Positions 33,044 to 42,147 of a stretch of 53,363 nt of DNA are shown here, in pieces; within the stretch, counting starts at the first letter, position 1, and each line of letters opens with the position of its first letter. This stretch comes from an uncultured Candidatus Saccharibacteria bacterium. GTDB taxonomy: Bacteria; Patescibacteriota; Minisyncoccia; Phycocordibacterales; UBA12088. The DNA is taken from the NCBI GenBank assembly GCA_964568345.1, contig CAZMPG010000001.1, positions 1-53,363 on the forward strand, read 5' to 3'. The notes below the pieces were generated by a model. The model searched no databases. It saw nothing but the letters and a program-made list of their open reading frames with translations, and was not told where the DNA came from. The position numbers and the translations under genes were made by a program.

Positions 33044-35881
33044 CTAGAAGAGGTTTGCGGCAATAGGGTTGGTAACCGAGCGGTATGCATCAATGAGTCG
33101 ACGGTCCTCAGAGCTAGTGTCACTCGAACGGTATGCGACTTCAAACGCCCGCTGTTCCTCGCTCTCTGAGAGTTGCGATCCAGCAGGTCGTCCACCTGCG
33201 GCGAGGATCGCGCTACGTTCATTCTGTACCCGGCTGCGGAATTCAACCATTCTTTGCTGGTTGTTGTATTGTTCAACTACACGGCCCTTCACCCGTTGCA
33301 CCACATCGTTGTTGTGTACCTTGCGCACCTCAGCGATATCAGCAGCCGAAAAGTTGTCAATAACCATGTCGTTGTCTCTAATGAAGTTCCCACTCAACTT
33401 TGCTTTTTGTGCCGGGCGCATTGAGTCGAGCTCATCTCGGAGTGTTCGTCCTGGTATTGGGGGCGGCGTCCCGTTATTTGTGGCTCTCACGAGGTCATTA
33501 AGGTACTCCTCACGCAATTGGCGAACACCATCTTTCTGTGTAGCTGAGACACGTTTACTTTCAAGAATCTTGTCAACGGTTGCCTGCGACATGTTCCGCA
33601 CGGCACGTGTCTCGTTCAAGATACCAGTGCCAAATAGGTCAGCCTCGTGGTCGCCATATCTGCGAATTGCGTCACGTATTACGTTATCCCCACTGTTACT
33701 ATCCAACGCACGATAGATGTCTGCGTAACGTCCGCGGATGAGAGCCTCCCGCTCAGGGTCGTTATATGCTTCATTTTTAAGCACTTGCTCGAAGGTTTCG
33801 GTCGAGAAGTAGCGCGTAACTTCGGGGTTTGCCACGATTCTATCGTGGAGAATGGTCATTTCAGCCTGTGTCATCTTTTCAAGTCGCCTAATCTCATCCG
33901 GGCTTAGTTGTATGTTGCCATTCGCATCTCTCTCACCACTTCGTGTGATCATCCTCATGACATCACCGTAGGCAAGGTTGGTGAGTGCTGCCTTTTCCGC
34001 ACCCGTGTACTCCTTACTGCCTCGCATACCGGAAAGTTGGCTCGATGAGAGTGCCTCCACAAACCGCCCTTCCCTGAAGAATCCTGGGCGGTTATCGCGA
34101 AGCCACTTGAGATCCTCCTGGCTCATACCCTGAACCGTACGTCTGTTTGCCGTCTGGTCAAGAGTACCACCCTCGAAGAGTGCCTCAGCTGCTGCGAGCT
34201 GCTGTTGGCGGCTGAGTGTTGTCTCAAGCTCCTGGGTTCTACCACGATTCGCTTCTGTGCCACGCTTCATGCGATCACGGTATCCCTTCGCCTGCGATTC
34301 AACACCTCGTTGCACCGCTCGACCCACAGCACTTCGCTCTATGAAGCGACCAAACGCTGCGCGTGTGCCACCAGAGTATTCGTTGGTGTTCGGGTCACGG
34401 GCAAAGTGTCGTGCAGCGGCATTCATGTTCGCCTTGCTCAGTCTATCAGCCGCCCAACCGTATGTACGGTCACGGAACCATCGCCCCGATGCTGCTGCGC
34501 CGTGGCCAACCTTGCTTCCCGTCCACTTTGCCACGCGCCCTGTCTTGCGTCCTGTCCACCGAGCGGTCTTGTTCACACCCTTCTTCCACATCCCCATTGC
34601 ACTCGCCGACATACTCCCCCCAACTTCCCGCGCGACCGAGAGCGAGAGAATCAGAAAGCCGGTCATGAGGACGAGGTAAAAGACGATCATGGTCGAGTTG
34701 GGGTCCCCGACGTCCGCGACGTTGGACAGGACGTTTTTTTCACCGCCGCCGAAGAGCGCCATCATGCTCTCCGCGATCTTGTACACGACGTACCACATGA
34801 GCATGAGGACCGGCGCCACGAACGATTGTGCCATGAGTGTGCTCCACCACTTCCTCCCCCAGTCGAAGACCTCGGTGAGGTACGACACGAATGCGACCGG
34901 TGAGAGGACGATGAGCATGATGAGCACGAGGAAGCGGCTCATGAGGATGAACGCCCCCGCGCCGAATACAAAGGTGAGCACGAGGAAGAAGATCGCGGCG
35001 ACGATCGAGACATTGCCGATTGCAAAAGCTCTTTGCTCTACGTTCTCATTCTTTTTATAGTCGGTTTTGAACACCGTGACGACCTTCGATATATTGAAGA
35101 ATGCCCCAGCGATGCCGTTCGCGAGGCACTCTTTCGCATTCGCATCCAACTTCCCCTCGATCGGCTTATCACATCCCACCCCCCCATTCGATGAGCTCTG
35201 CTGGAGGAGCATTGCATAGATCTGCACCGTCGCGAGGTTCGAGATGTCAATGATGACCTTCGTCACGGTGATGCTGAAGTTGACGAGGAGTGCGGCGAAG
35301 AGCACCTTGCCGAGCATCTGCTTCGAGCCAAACTTACTCGAGCCAACGATGATCGAGATACCGACGAAGATGGTGAGGAAGACGAGGAAGACGTTTGCGA
35401 TGTCGCGGAGGAGCATCCAGGTGGTCGTGATACCGATGAGGTTCCCTACGACGACCCCCATGCTCACGACGAGCTCCATGACGACGTAGTTGAGCACGTA
35501 CCCCGCGATGCCGGATACCCACATGCAGAAGATCATGAAGCGGTATAGGACGTACCCGTAGCAGCCCTTGAACGTGGTATCGGTGAAGCTGCCGCTATTG
35601 AAGCAGCCGAATTCCGGCATGTTGTCCCCTGCCGTCTTGGCGGCAGCGCCAGAAGCATTTGCCTGCGGATTGTTGGAAACCGGTGGAGTATTGCTCTGTG
35701 TCGGCGGTGTCGCTTGTGCAGCAGCAGTGTGGGGCGCGAGCGTTCCCCCCACACCCACCGACACTACCGCGATGAGGAGGGCGGTAAGGGTGCGGAGGAA
35801 TCGTTGCGGTGTGGGGAGGCGTAGCATGGTATGTTTAGGGGCGATCCTTCGCCCGGCTTGGTGCAGTGGGTAGCTCCGCAT
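33044..35881 (-). CDS. VirB6/TrbL-like polytopic membrane protein with a ~520-aa hydrophilic C-terminal domain (alternative start at 35827)
   Basis: Signal-like N-terminus (FLRTLTALLIAVVSVGVGG), then about 7-8 TM segments (residues ~120-440), then a long charged C-terminal region. The VirB6-like call rests on topology and context. Confidence 0.65.
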   Translation of the reverse strand: MRSYPLHQAGRRIAPKHTMLRLPTPQRFLRTLTALLIAVVSVGVGGTLAPHTAAAQATPPTQSNTPPVSNNPQANASGAAAKTAGDNMPEFGCFNSGSFTDTTFKGCYGYVLYRFMIFCMWVSGIAGYVLNYVVMELVVSMGVVVGNLIGITTTWMLLRDIANVFLVFLTIFVGISIIVGSSKFGSKQMLGKVLFAALLVNFSITVTKVIIDISNLATVQIYAMLLQQSSSNGGVGCDKPIEGKLDANAKECLANGIAGAFFNISKVVTVFKTDYKKNENVEQRAFAIGNVSIVAAIFFLVLTFVFGAGAFILMSRFLVLIMLIVLSPVAFVSYLTEVFDWGRKWWSTLMAQSFVAPVLMLMWYVVYKIAESMMALFGGGEKNVLSNVADVGDPNSTMIVFYLVLMTGFLILSLSVAREVGGSMSASAMGMWKKGVNKTARWTGRKTGRVAKWTGSKVGHGAAASGRWFRDRTYGWAADRLSKANMNAAARHFARDPNTNEYSGGTRAAFGRFIERSAVGRAVQRGVESQAKGYRDRMKRGTEANRGRTQELETTLSRQQQLAAAEALFEGGTLDQTANRRTVQGMSQEDLKWLRDNRPGFFREGRFVEALSSSQLSGMRGSKEYTGAEKAALTNLAYGDVMRMITRSGERDANGNIQLSPDEIRRLEKMTQAEMTILHDRIVANPEVTRYFSTETFEQVLKNEAYNDPEREALIRGRYADIYRALDSNSGDNVIRDAIRRYGDHEADLFGTGILNETRAVRNMSQATVDKILESKRVSATQKDGVRQLREEYLNDLVRATNNGTPPPIPGRTLRDELDSMRPAQKAKLSGNFIRDNDMVIDNFSAADIAEVRKVHNNDVVQRVKGRVVEQYNNQQRMVEFRSRVQNERSAILAAGGRPAGSQLSESEEQRAFEVAYRSSDTSSEDRRLIDAYRSVTNPIAANLF

Positions 35882-36024
35882 CTGCCACGCACCTTCTTAC
35901 TGTAGAGCTGCTGGTACGACGCCTGTGGTGAGGCGATGATGGAAGCGGTGCGACATGGGCACCACAGATAGCCGCACCTACGCGGCACCTCGCGGCAGCT
36001 GTCCCCAGCCATCCCATACGTTAC

Positions 36025-36080
36025 AGTATACGACGGTCTGTGGATAAACCTAGGGACAAGAGGTGGGTAGTCTGTGGATT
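36025..36080 (-). promoter_or_regulatory. Duplicated promoter/operator module, copy 1 (-10 TATACT plus two DnaA-box-like motifs)
   Basis: 51 of 56 nt identical to 42018-42073. Contains TGTGGATAA (36039-36047), TGTGGATT (36073-36080), and AGTATA (36025-36030), which is TATACT on the minus strand. Confidence 0.5.
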
Positions 36081-36088
36081 GTGTCGGG

Positions 36089-38803
36089 CTACGGTGCCCC
36101 AACAGGCAGTATGGATTCGCAGTGCATACCGTCGGCTGCAAGGCGGTACCCAGCTGCGCAGTAGTATTCGCAAGGTTCCGAAGTGTTAGGCACGTGGTAG
36201 TGGTACGCTTGCGTCTGGTCTTGTGACGGGACTACCGAATCGCCATCATAGAGAAGTGCGTGCGGGGGAATCGAGCCGGTACAGGTGCCAGGTCCATCCT
36301 GTTGATCTCCCTCCACCATTACAGAGGCGTGTGCAATGAGGTTGTGATAGGTGAGAGTAAACAGTGACGAACCTGGTTGTAGGCCACGGATATCACCATC
36401 TACAGGGCCTGGGTGACTGGGGTTTTCCGGCACATTTTCGTAGCTCACTACAAGTGGATCCGAATTGGTAAGGGTATGGCCAGGCATATAGACAGTTACA
36501 TCTGGCCCGTGGTTTTCAATACCGTCACAGGTGAGTGGGGTAGGCGAACCAGGTCCTCGATAGTACCCACGGAGCATGCCGTTGCTGCCTACCCCAAGCA
36601 TCACAACCTTCGAAGGCTGGAGTTGTAGCGCGCTGGAGCCGCACAGTACGAGGGAACCTGCAGATTCCGGTGTCGGTCTTGCACAAGTACTCCCGTTCCA
36701 AGCTTGAAACGGAGGGCAATCACCCGCCTCAGCGAGTCGTGCGGTGATATTGGTACTTGCATTCTTGTAGGACACGGTGATCACACTCGATCCACCCTGT
36801 TCTGGCGGTGACCAATGTACCGCACCCGCTGACGCTGTTGACTGGATCCCCACGAGACAGCGAGATGCGTTGCGATACAACCCACCAAGGCAGTGTTCAA
36901 GATCAGTTGCAAAACTGAGGGTAATAACATCGGGATTACTCGATGTCCAATAGTCCGCACCGAATACGTACTCATCCCCAGCCTGACTCTCGATATTTTC
37001 GCATGTTATGGGATCTCCCTGTGCTCGATACCATGCGACCAAAACATCACTTATCCACACCAAAAAGGGGTTTCTGTACTCCTCACTATGTATGGTGTCT
37101 CCGAACCCACAAATAACCATGGAAGGGCCGTCTTGTGGTGGTGGTGGCGGTGGTGGTGGGGTCTCCTTCATCGTCAATGGCTCAACCTCGACCGTAAAGA
37201 CACCCGCATTCGGAACCTCACCCTGCTCGATACCCGTGCCGATCCTGAGTGCACGTGCCTGATCCCCCACGTATATCACAAACTCGTAGTCGTTCTCACT
37301 CGAGTACTCGGGGGTTACTGTAGTGAACCCCACTCCCTCTACGAAGAGTATGTAGGTCTTGATCGGCACGCCACCGCTCCTGTACGAGGTTGTGGTCGAG
37401 TACGAAAGGTGGGCCCCGGCATGACTTGGTGGGGTACTGCTCTCGAGAAGTTCCCGTGTCACCGTGTAGTAGAATGCATCATTCTCTGAAAATGCGGCAT
37501 GGCTTCCACTACCTGCCCCGGTCACCCGCACCCGCACGTAGCCACTGTAGGTCGCCGCGGTTCTACCGGTCGTAATGTCGTTGAAGGAAGCGGCAAGCAC
37601 CTCCGTCGGCCCAGCACTCTCGAAGCAGTCAAAGATGTGTACACCACAGTCCTGCTCCCCTCCCCCTCCTGGAGGTGTGGGCGGAGGTGTTGGCTTAACG
37701 ATCTCACCCTCCCACCCCTCGGCACCCGGGTGCGTCTGCCAGTCGGTTGACGTCGCCGCCATTGCTGCGTTCCAGTAGTCGGTGTCCTTCCCCCCAGAGC
37801 CAAGTCCGAGGAGCCCCTCCTGCGCGGTGGTGAGCACCTTCTCGACGAGCGCCGCGAGGAGCGCATTGATGATCTCCCCCAGCTCGTCGGCGACGGTGAG
37901 CTCCTCAAGCGCCCCTCCCGACCACTTATTGACCTGCTCGGATATGTACTCGCCGGGGGTGCAGGTGTACTCGTCGTCGTTCGTCTTCGAGTCTCCATCC
38001 ATGTCGCAGCGCTGGGAGAGCCAGCCCTTGCCCCAGTTCGTGAGGTTCACCTCATAGCTCTGTGCCGCGCCCGACCGCTTCGCCGCTTCCGACTGGAGGG
38101 AGAAGTACGTGCCGTAGGGGTTGTTCATGTCGTTCGTCATCGCCATGAGCGCAGGTATGCCGCCCTCGGCGAAGTGGAAGTTCCCGCCGACGAACTTCTT
38201 GTACTTGTTGCCGAAGTCCACCTCCCCCTGCACATTGACCTCGACGCCCTTCGAGAAGACCTTGTCGAGGCTACAGGAGAGCATCCCGAGATTATTCTTC
38301 TGGCCGAATACGTCGAATGCGAAACTGAATATGATGTCAATACGGAAGGGGCTACAGAGGAGCTTGTCGAGCCCCTCATTGAAGAGGAATGCGGATACGG
38401 TGTTCAGCATGACACCCTTGAAGAAAGCGTGCGGGTCGGTCACGAACGCCGGTGAGCCCTTGAAGCCGCCGCGGATCCACGAAATGATGCTCTTGGTGAT
38501 GGATTTGATCACCACCTCTTTGATGATCCAGAAAATGGTATCTATGACGCACTCCTTGATGGTGTTTTCCCACGTAGAAGCGGCAGTAGAACCCGTATTG
38601 ATGTTTGTGGTAAAGGGGAAAACTGGCACAGCAAGGGTAGCTTCAGCGGCAGTCCCAGCGATCCCAAACAAGGCCGCTATTGCTGTGGCAAGCCCGCACG
38701 TTGCTTCCGCCGTCCGTACCGGCTGCATCCCGAGGTACGCCGACGGTGCGACGACCGTGATGGCGAGGAGGAGGGCAGTAAGGGTGCGGAGGAGGGGGGT
38801 CAT
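36089..38803 (-). CDS. Large surface/secreted protein, paralog B (904 aa): shared N-terminal module, poly-Pro linker, Cys-rich Big_2-like C-terminal tip
   Basis: Residues 1-547 are identical to paralog A. The unique C-terminus has two similar modules containing YWTSSNPDVITLSF and LTNSDPLVVSYEN. Confidence 0.8.
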   Translation of the reverse strand: MTPLLRTLTALLLAITVVAPSAYLGMQPVRTAEATCGLATAIAALFGIAGTAAEATLAVPVFPFTTNINTGSTAASTWENTIKECVIDTIFWIIKEVVIKSITKSIISWIRGGFKGSPAFVTDPHAFFKGVMLNTVSAFLFNEGLDKLLCSPFRIDIIFSFAFDVFGQKNNLGMLSCSLDKVFSKGVEVNVQGEVDFGNKYKKFVGGNFHFAEGGIPALMAMTNDMNNPYGTYFSLQSEAAKRSGAAQSYEVNLTNWGKGWLSQRCDMDGDSKTNDDEYTCTPGEYISEQVNKWSGGALEELTVADELGEIINALLAALVEKVLTTAQEGLLGLGSGGKDTDYWNAAMAATSTDWQTHPGAEGWEGEIVKPTPPPTPPGGGGEQDCGVHIFDCFESAGPTEVLAASFNDITTGRTAATYSGYVRVRVTGAGSGSHAAFSENDAFYYTVTRELLESSTPPSHAGAHLSYSTTTSYRSGGVPIKTYILFVEGVGFTTVTPEYSSENDYEFVIYVGDQARALRIGTGIEQGEVPNAGVFTVEVEPLTMKETPPPPPPPPQDGPSMVICGFGDTIHSEEYRNPFLVWISDVLVAWYRAQGDPITCENIESQAGDEYVFGADYWTSSNPDVITLSFATDLEHCLGGLYRNASRCLVGIQSTASAGAVHWSPPEQGGSSVITVSYKNASTNITARLAEAGDCPPFQAWNGSTCARPTPESAGSLVLCGSSALQLQPSKVVMLGVGSNGMLRGYYRGPGSPTPLTCDGIENHGPDVTVYMPGHTLTNSDPLVVSYENVPENPSHPGPVDGDIRGLQPGSSLFTLTYHNLIAHASVMVEGDQQDGPGTCTGSIPPHALLYDGDSVVPSQDQTQAYHYHVPNTSEPCEYYCAAGYRLAADGMHCESILPVGAP

Positions 38804-38811
38804 GGGGTGAG
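37163..38811. repeat. 1,649-bp perfect direct repeat, copy 1
   Basis: Identical to 39415-41063 at a constant offset of 2,252 nt. All ORF-track translations in several frames are identical in both copies. Boundaries were found by direct comparison. Confidence 0.9.
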
Positions 38812-38829
38812 CGCCTAATCACGACGCAC

Positions 38830-41055
38830 TCAGTAGTCCAAGAGTTGTACCCGACATATATCGGTACTGCCACAGGTTTGTTGTGGTCTGAAACTCAGGT
38901 AAAGTTGGGTATTTTCCGGGACGACACAGTACCCTTCGCACGGGTTGATGGTTCCTCCGGTAGGTAGTGTAGTGGGGCATGAGTTCGTGCGTGCTATATC
39001 AATAGTGAACCCGTTTTCAGGGCCAATCTGACAGTGTGGATCAGAAGCAGTTATTTCCCCTGGTGTTGTCGTCACCGCTCCCTGCGCCACACCTCCGCCG
39101 GAAGTCTCTCCTGCCTCGGCGCGGTCAATCTTGTACCTATCTGTATTGTTTTGATCCGGAACCTTGCCAAGGTGTGATGATGGAAATGTAATTCGTGCAG
39201 CATACGTTGTACCTGACTGTAGACTTCCGTTATGTCCACAACCGGTTGTTTGCCAGTCCTCACCATTGATGCACCCGGGAACGAACAGTCGATTGCTTGT
39301 GGGGGAGAGATCAAACACAATTACATTTTGTTGTCCCGGTGGGCTCCACACCCCGCTGCCCGGGTCGCCTGTGCCGCCAGTATCATCGTCATCCCCTTCC
39401 CCGCCATCCTCCACCTCCTTCATCGTCAATGGCTCAACCTCGACCGTAAAGACACCCGCATTCGGAACCTCACCCTGCTCGATACCCGTGCCGATCCTGA
39501 GTGCACGTGCCTGATCCCCCACGTATATCACAAACTCGTAGTCGTTCTCACTCGAGTACTCGGGGGTTACTGTAGTGAACCCCACTCCCTCTACGAAGAG
39601 TATGTAGGTCTTGATCGGCACGCCACCGCTCCTGTACGAGGTTGTGGTCGAGTACGAAAGGTGGGCCCCGGCATGACTTGGTGGGGTACTGCTCTCGAGA
39701 AGTTCCCGTGTCACCGTGTAGTAGAATGCATCATTCTCTGAAAATGCGGCATGGCTTCCACTACCTGCCCCGGTCACCCGCACCCGCACGTAGCCACTGT
39801 AGGTCGCCGCGGTTCTACCGGTCGTAATGTCGTTGAAGGAAGCGGCAAGCACCTCCGTCGGCCCAGCACTCTCGAAGCAGTCAAAGATGTGTACACCACA
39901 GTCCTGCTCCCCTCCCCCTCCTGGAGGTGTGGGCGGAGGTGTTGGCTTAACGATCTCACCCTCCCACCCCTCGGCACCCGGGTGCGTCTGCCAGTCGGTT
40001 GACGTCGCCGCCATTGCTGCGTTCCAGTAGTCGGTGTCCTTCCCCCCAGAGCCAAGTCCGAGGAGCCCCTCCTGCGCGGTGGTGAGCACCTTCTCGACGA
40101 GCGCCGCGAGGAGCGCATTGATGATCTCCCCCAGCTCGTCGGCGACGGTGAGCTCCTCAAGCGCCCCTCCCGACCACTTATTGACCTGCTCGGATATGTA
40201 CTCGCCGGGGGTGCAGGTGTACTCGTCGTCGTTCGTCTTCGAGTCTCCATCCATGTCGCAGCGCTGGGAGAGCCAGCCCTTGCCCCAGTTCGTGAGGTTC
40301 ACCTCATAGCTCTGTGCCGCGCCCGACCGCTTCGCCGCTTCCGACTGGAGGGAGAAGTACGTGCCGTAGGGGTTGTTCATGTCGTTCGTCATCGCCATGA
40401 GCGCAGGTATGCCGCCCTCGGCGAAGTGGAAGTTCCCGCCGACGAACTTCTTGTACTTGTTGCCGAAGTCCACCTCCCCCTGCACATTGACCTCGACGCC
40501 CTTCGAGAAGACCTTGTCGAGGCTACAGGAGAGCATCCCGAGATTATTCTTCTGGCCGAATACGTCGAATGCGAAACTGAATATGATGTCAATACGGAAG
40601 GGGCTACAGAGGAGCTTGTCGAGCCCCTCATTGAAGAGGAATGCGGATACGGTGTTCAGCATGACACCCTTGAAGAAAGCGTGCGGGTCGGTCACGAACG
40701 CCGGTGAGCCCTTGAAGCCGCCGCGGATCCACGAAATGATGCTCTTGGTGATGGATTTGATCACCACCTCTTTGATGATCCAGAAAATGGTATCTATGAC
40801 GCACTCCTTGATGGTGTTTTCCCACGTAGAAGCGGCAGTAGAACCCGTATTGATGTTTGTGGTAAAGGGGAAAACTGGCACAGCAAGGGTAGCTTCAGCG
40901 GCAGTCCCAGCGATCCCAAACAAGGCCGCTATTGCTGTGGCAAGCCCGCACGTTGCTTCCGCCGTCCGTACCGGCTGCATCCCGAGGTACGCCGACGGTG
41001 CGACGACCGTGATGGCGAGGAGGAGGGCAGTAAGGGTGCGGAGGAGGGGGGTCAT
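38830..41055 (-). CDS. Large surface/secreted protein, paralog A (741 aa): shared N-terminal module, acidic/Gly linker, different Cys-containing C-terminal tip
   Basis: Residues 1-547 are identical to paralog B. The unique 194-aa C-terminus starts VEDGGEGDDDDTGGTGDPGSG. ATGA overlap with the upstream gene. Confidence 0.8.
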   Translation of the reverse strand: MTPLLRTLTALLLAITVVAPSAYLGMQPVRTAEATCGLATAIAALFGIAGTAAEATLAVPVFPFTTNINTGSTAASTWENTIKECVIDTIFWIIKEVVIKSITKSIISWIRGGFKGSPAFVTDPHAFFKGVMLNTVSAFLFNEGLDKLLCSPFRIDIIFSFAFDVFGQKNNLGMLSCSLDKVFSKGVEVNVQGEVDFGNKYKKFVGGNFHFAEGGIPALMAMTNDMNNPYGTYFSLQSEAAKRSGAAQSYEVNLTNWGKGWLSQRCDMDGDSKTNDDEYTCTPGEYISEQVNKWSGGALEELTVADELGEIINALLAALVEKVLTTAQEGLLGLGSGGKDTDYWNAAMAATSTDWQTHPGAEGWEGEIVKPTPPPTPPGGGGEQDCGVHIFDCFESAGPTEVLAASFNDITTGRTAATYSGYVRVRVTGAGSGSHAAFSENDAFYYTVTRELLESSTPPSHAGAHLSYSTTTSYRSGGVPIKTYILFVEGVGFTTVTPEYSSENDYEFVIYVGDQARALRIGTGIEQGEVPNAGVFTVEVEPLTMKEVEDGGEGDDDDTGGTGDPGSGVWSPPGQQNVIVFDLSPTSNRLFVPGCINGEDWQTTGCGHNGSLQSGTTYAARITFPSSHLGKVPDQNNTDRYKIDRAEAGETSGGGVAQGAVTTTPGEITASDPHCQIGPENGFTIDIARTNSCPTTLPTGGTINPCEGYCVVPENTQLYLSFRPQQTCGSTDICRVQLLDY

Positions 41056-41063
41056 GGGGTGAG
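39415..41063. repeat. 1,649-bp perfect direct repeat, copy 2
   Basis: See copy 1 (37163-38811). Confidence 0.9.
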
Positions 41064-42011
41064 GTGGTTTGCTGCTATGTACGCCGTGATGTCGGTGTGT
41101 GCGGCGACGAGTCGCTTGCCGTACTCGATATACACACCGAGCGCTGCCGCGGCGCGGAGCGGGTCGTCCTCAAGGTGGGTGGCGCTGTCGAGGATGCCGA
41201 CGAAGGCGACGAGGGCGCTGAGGTAGGCGGTCTGGAGCGCCACCGCATCGTCGGGTACGGGCGCGTGCTTGAGTGTCTCGATGTGCGCGGAGTACACCCG
41301 CACTGTGGTACGGAGCTTCTCGAGCGCTTGCGTGCGGTCCCCGCCCTGGCTTATCTCCATGAGCGCTTCATTCTCATTGGGTGCCTCGGTCGTCATCGCG
41401 CGGATCTCCCGCAGATAGGTTGCGATGTAGGCCTTCCGTGTCTCTGGTGTTGCGGGCACGACCGTGAGCCCTTGAGCATCGAACGAGGGGAGCGAGAGCC
41501 CCCTCGACGCTTGGGTGATGGCGCTGTCCACCATCTGCGCCTGCTCCGCGGAGGATGGCTTGCTGTTGGGGTCGCTCTGGAGCCGCGCCATGAAGGAGCT
41601 GAAGACGGTGCGAGAGAGCGCTTCGGTCGCGGTGAGGGGTGTCGAGGATGCCGTGGGCGAGCTGGTTCCCGTATCCTGTGCATACGCCCCCGCCCCCACG
41701 GTGAGCGGGTCGTGCCCTGTCCGCACCTCCTCACCATCGGTCTGCCCGTCGCCGTCGGTGTCGGGGAGTGCCGGGTTTGTGCCCCAGAGCGTCTCCTGCC
41801 AGTTGAGGAGGCTATCGCCGTCGCTGTCTTCCTCGAAGGGGGTTGAGGTTGCGAGTGCTACCGTGGCGGTCGGTTCCTCGGTGTTTTGTCGCTCCGCCGC
41901 GGGGTGGTCATACACGAGTCGTGAGGCGAGCACGACGAAGAGGAGCGCAAGCACACCAAACGCAACCGCTACCATGCGGTTCGCCGCAGCAGCCGACCCC
42001 AGTCGTCCCAT
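41052..42011 (-). CDS. Membrane-anchored protein with thrombospondin-type-3-like Ca-binding repeats
   Basis: Start at ATG 42011 (MGRLGSAAAANRMVAVAFGVLALLFVVLA), with TATACT 6 nt upstream. Contains DSDGDSLLNWQETLWGTNPALPDTDGDGQTDGEEVRTGHDP. Confidence 0.65.
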   Translation of the reverse strand: MGRLGSAAAANRMVAVAFGVLALLFVVLASRLVYDHPAAERQNTEEPTATVALATSTPFEEDSDGDSLLNWQETLWGTNPALPDTDGDGQTDGEEVRTGHDPLTVGAGAYAQDTGTSSPTASSTPLTATEALSRTVFSSFMARLQSDPNSKPSSAEQAQMVDSAITQASRGLSLPSFDAQGLTVVPATPETRKAYIATYLREIRAMTTEAPNENEALMEISQGGDRTQALEKLRTTVRVYSAHIETLKHAPVPDDAVALQTAYLSALVAFVGILDSATHLEDDPLRAAAALGVYIEYGKRLVAAHTDITAYIAANHLTP

Positions 42012-42017
42012 GTCTCT

Positions 42018-42073
42018 AGTATACGACGATATGTGGATAAACCTAGGGACAGGAGGTGGGTAGCCTGTGGATT
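42018..42073 (-). promoter_or_regulatory. Duplicated promoter/operator module, copy 2
   Basis: TATACT (reverse complement of 42018-42023), TGTGGATAA (42032-42040), TGTGGATT (42066-42073). Immediately upstream of the first gene of the minus-strand cluster. Confidence 0.5.
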
Positions 42074-42147
42074 TTCGCCTACATGATATTATGTAGGTTT
42101 GCGGGTTGTGGCATGTTGTGTGTCGCTCCCGTGCTATACTCACTCGC

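Noticed and set aside
35835-36017. Independent 60-aa protein-coding gene.
   Set aside because: Its 5' end is a diverged duplicate of the start of the 41052-42011 gene, and the rest is Arg/Ala-rich with no recognisable features. It is better explained as a duplicated 5' remnant or upstream ORF (see findings) than as a functional protein.
37163-41063. Diversity-generating retroelement (template/variable repeat pair) as an explanation for the 1.65-kb repeat.
   Set aside because: The two copies are identical, with no adenine-specific mismatches. The repeat is far longer than DGR TR/VR pairs. No reverse transcriptase ORF is present in the window.
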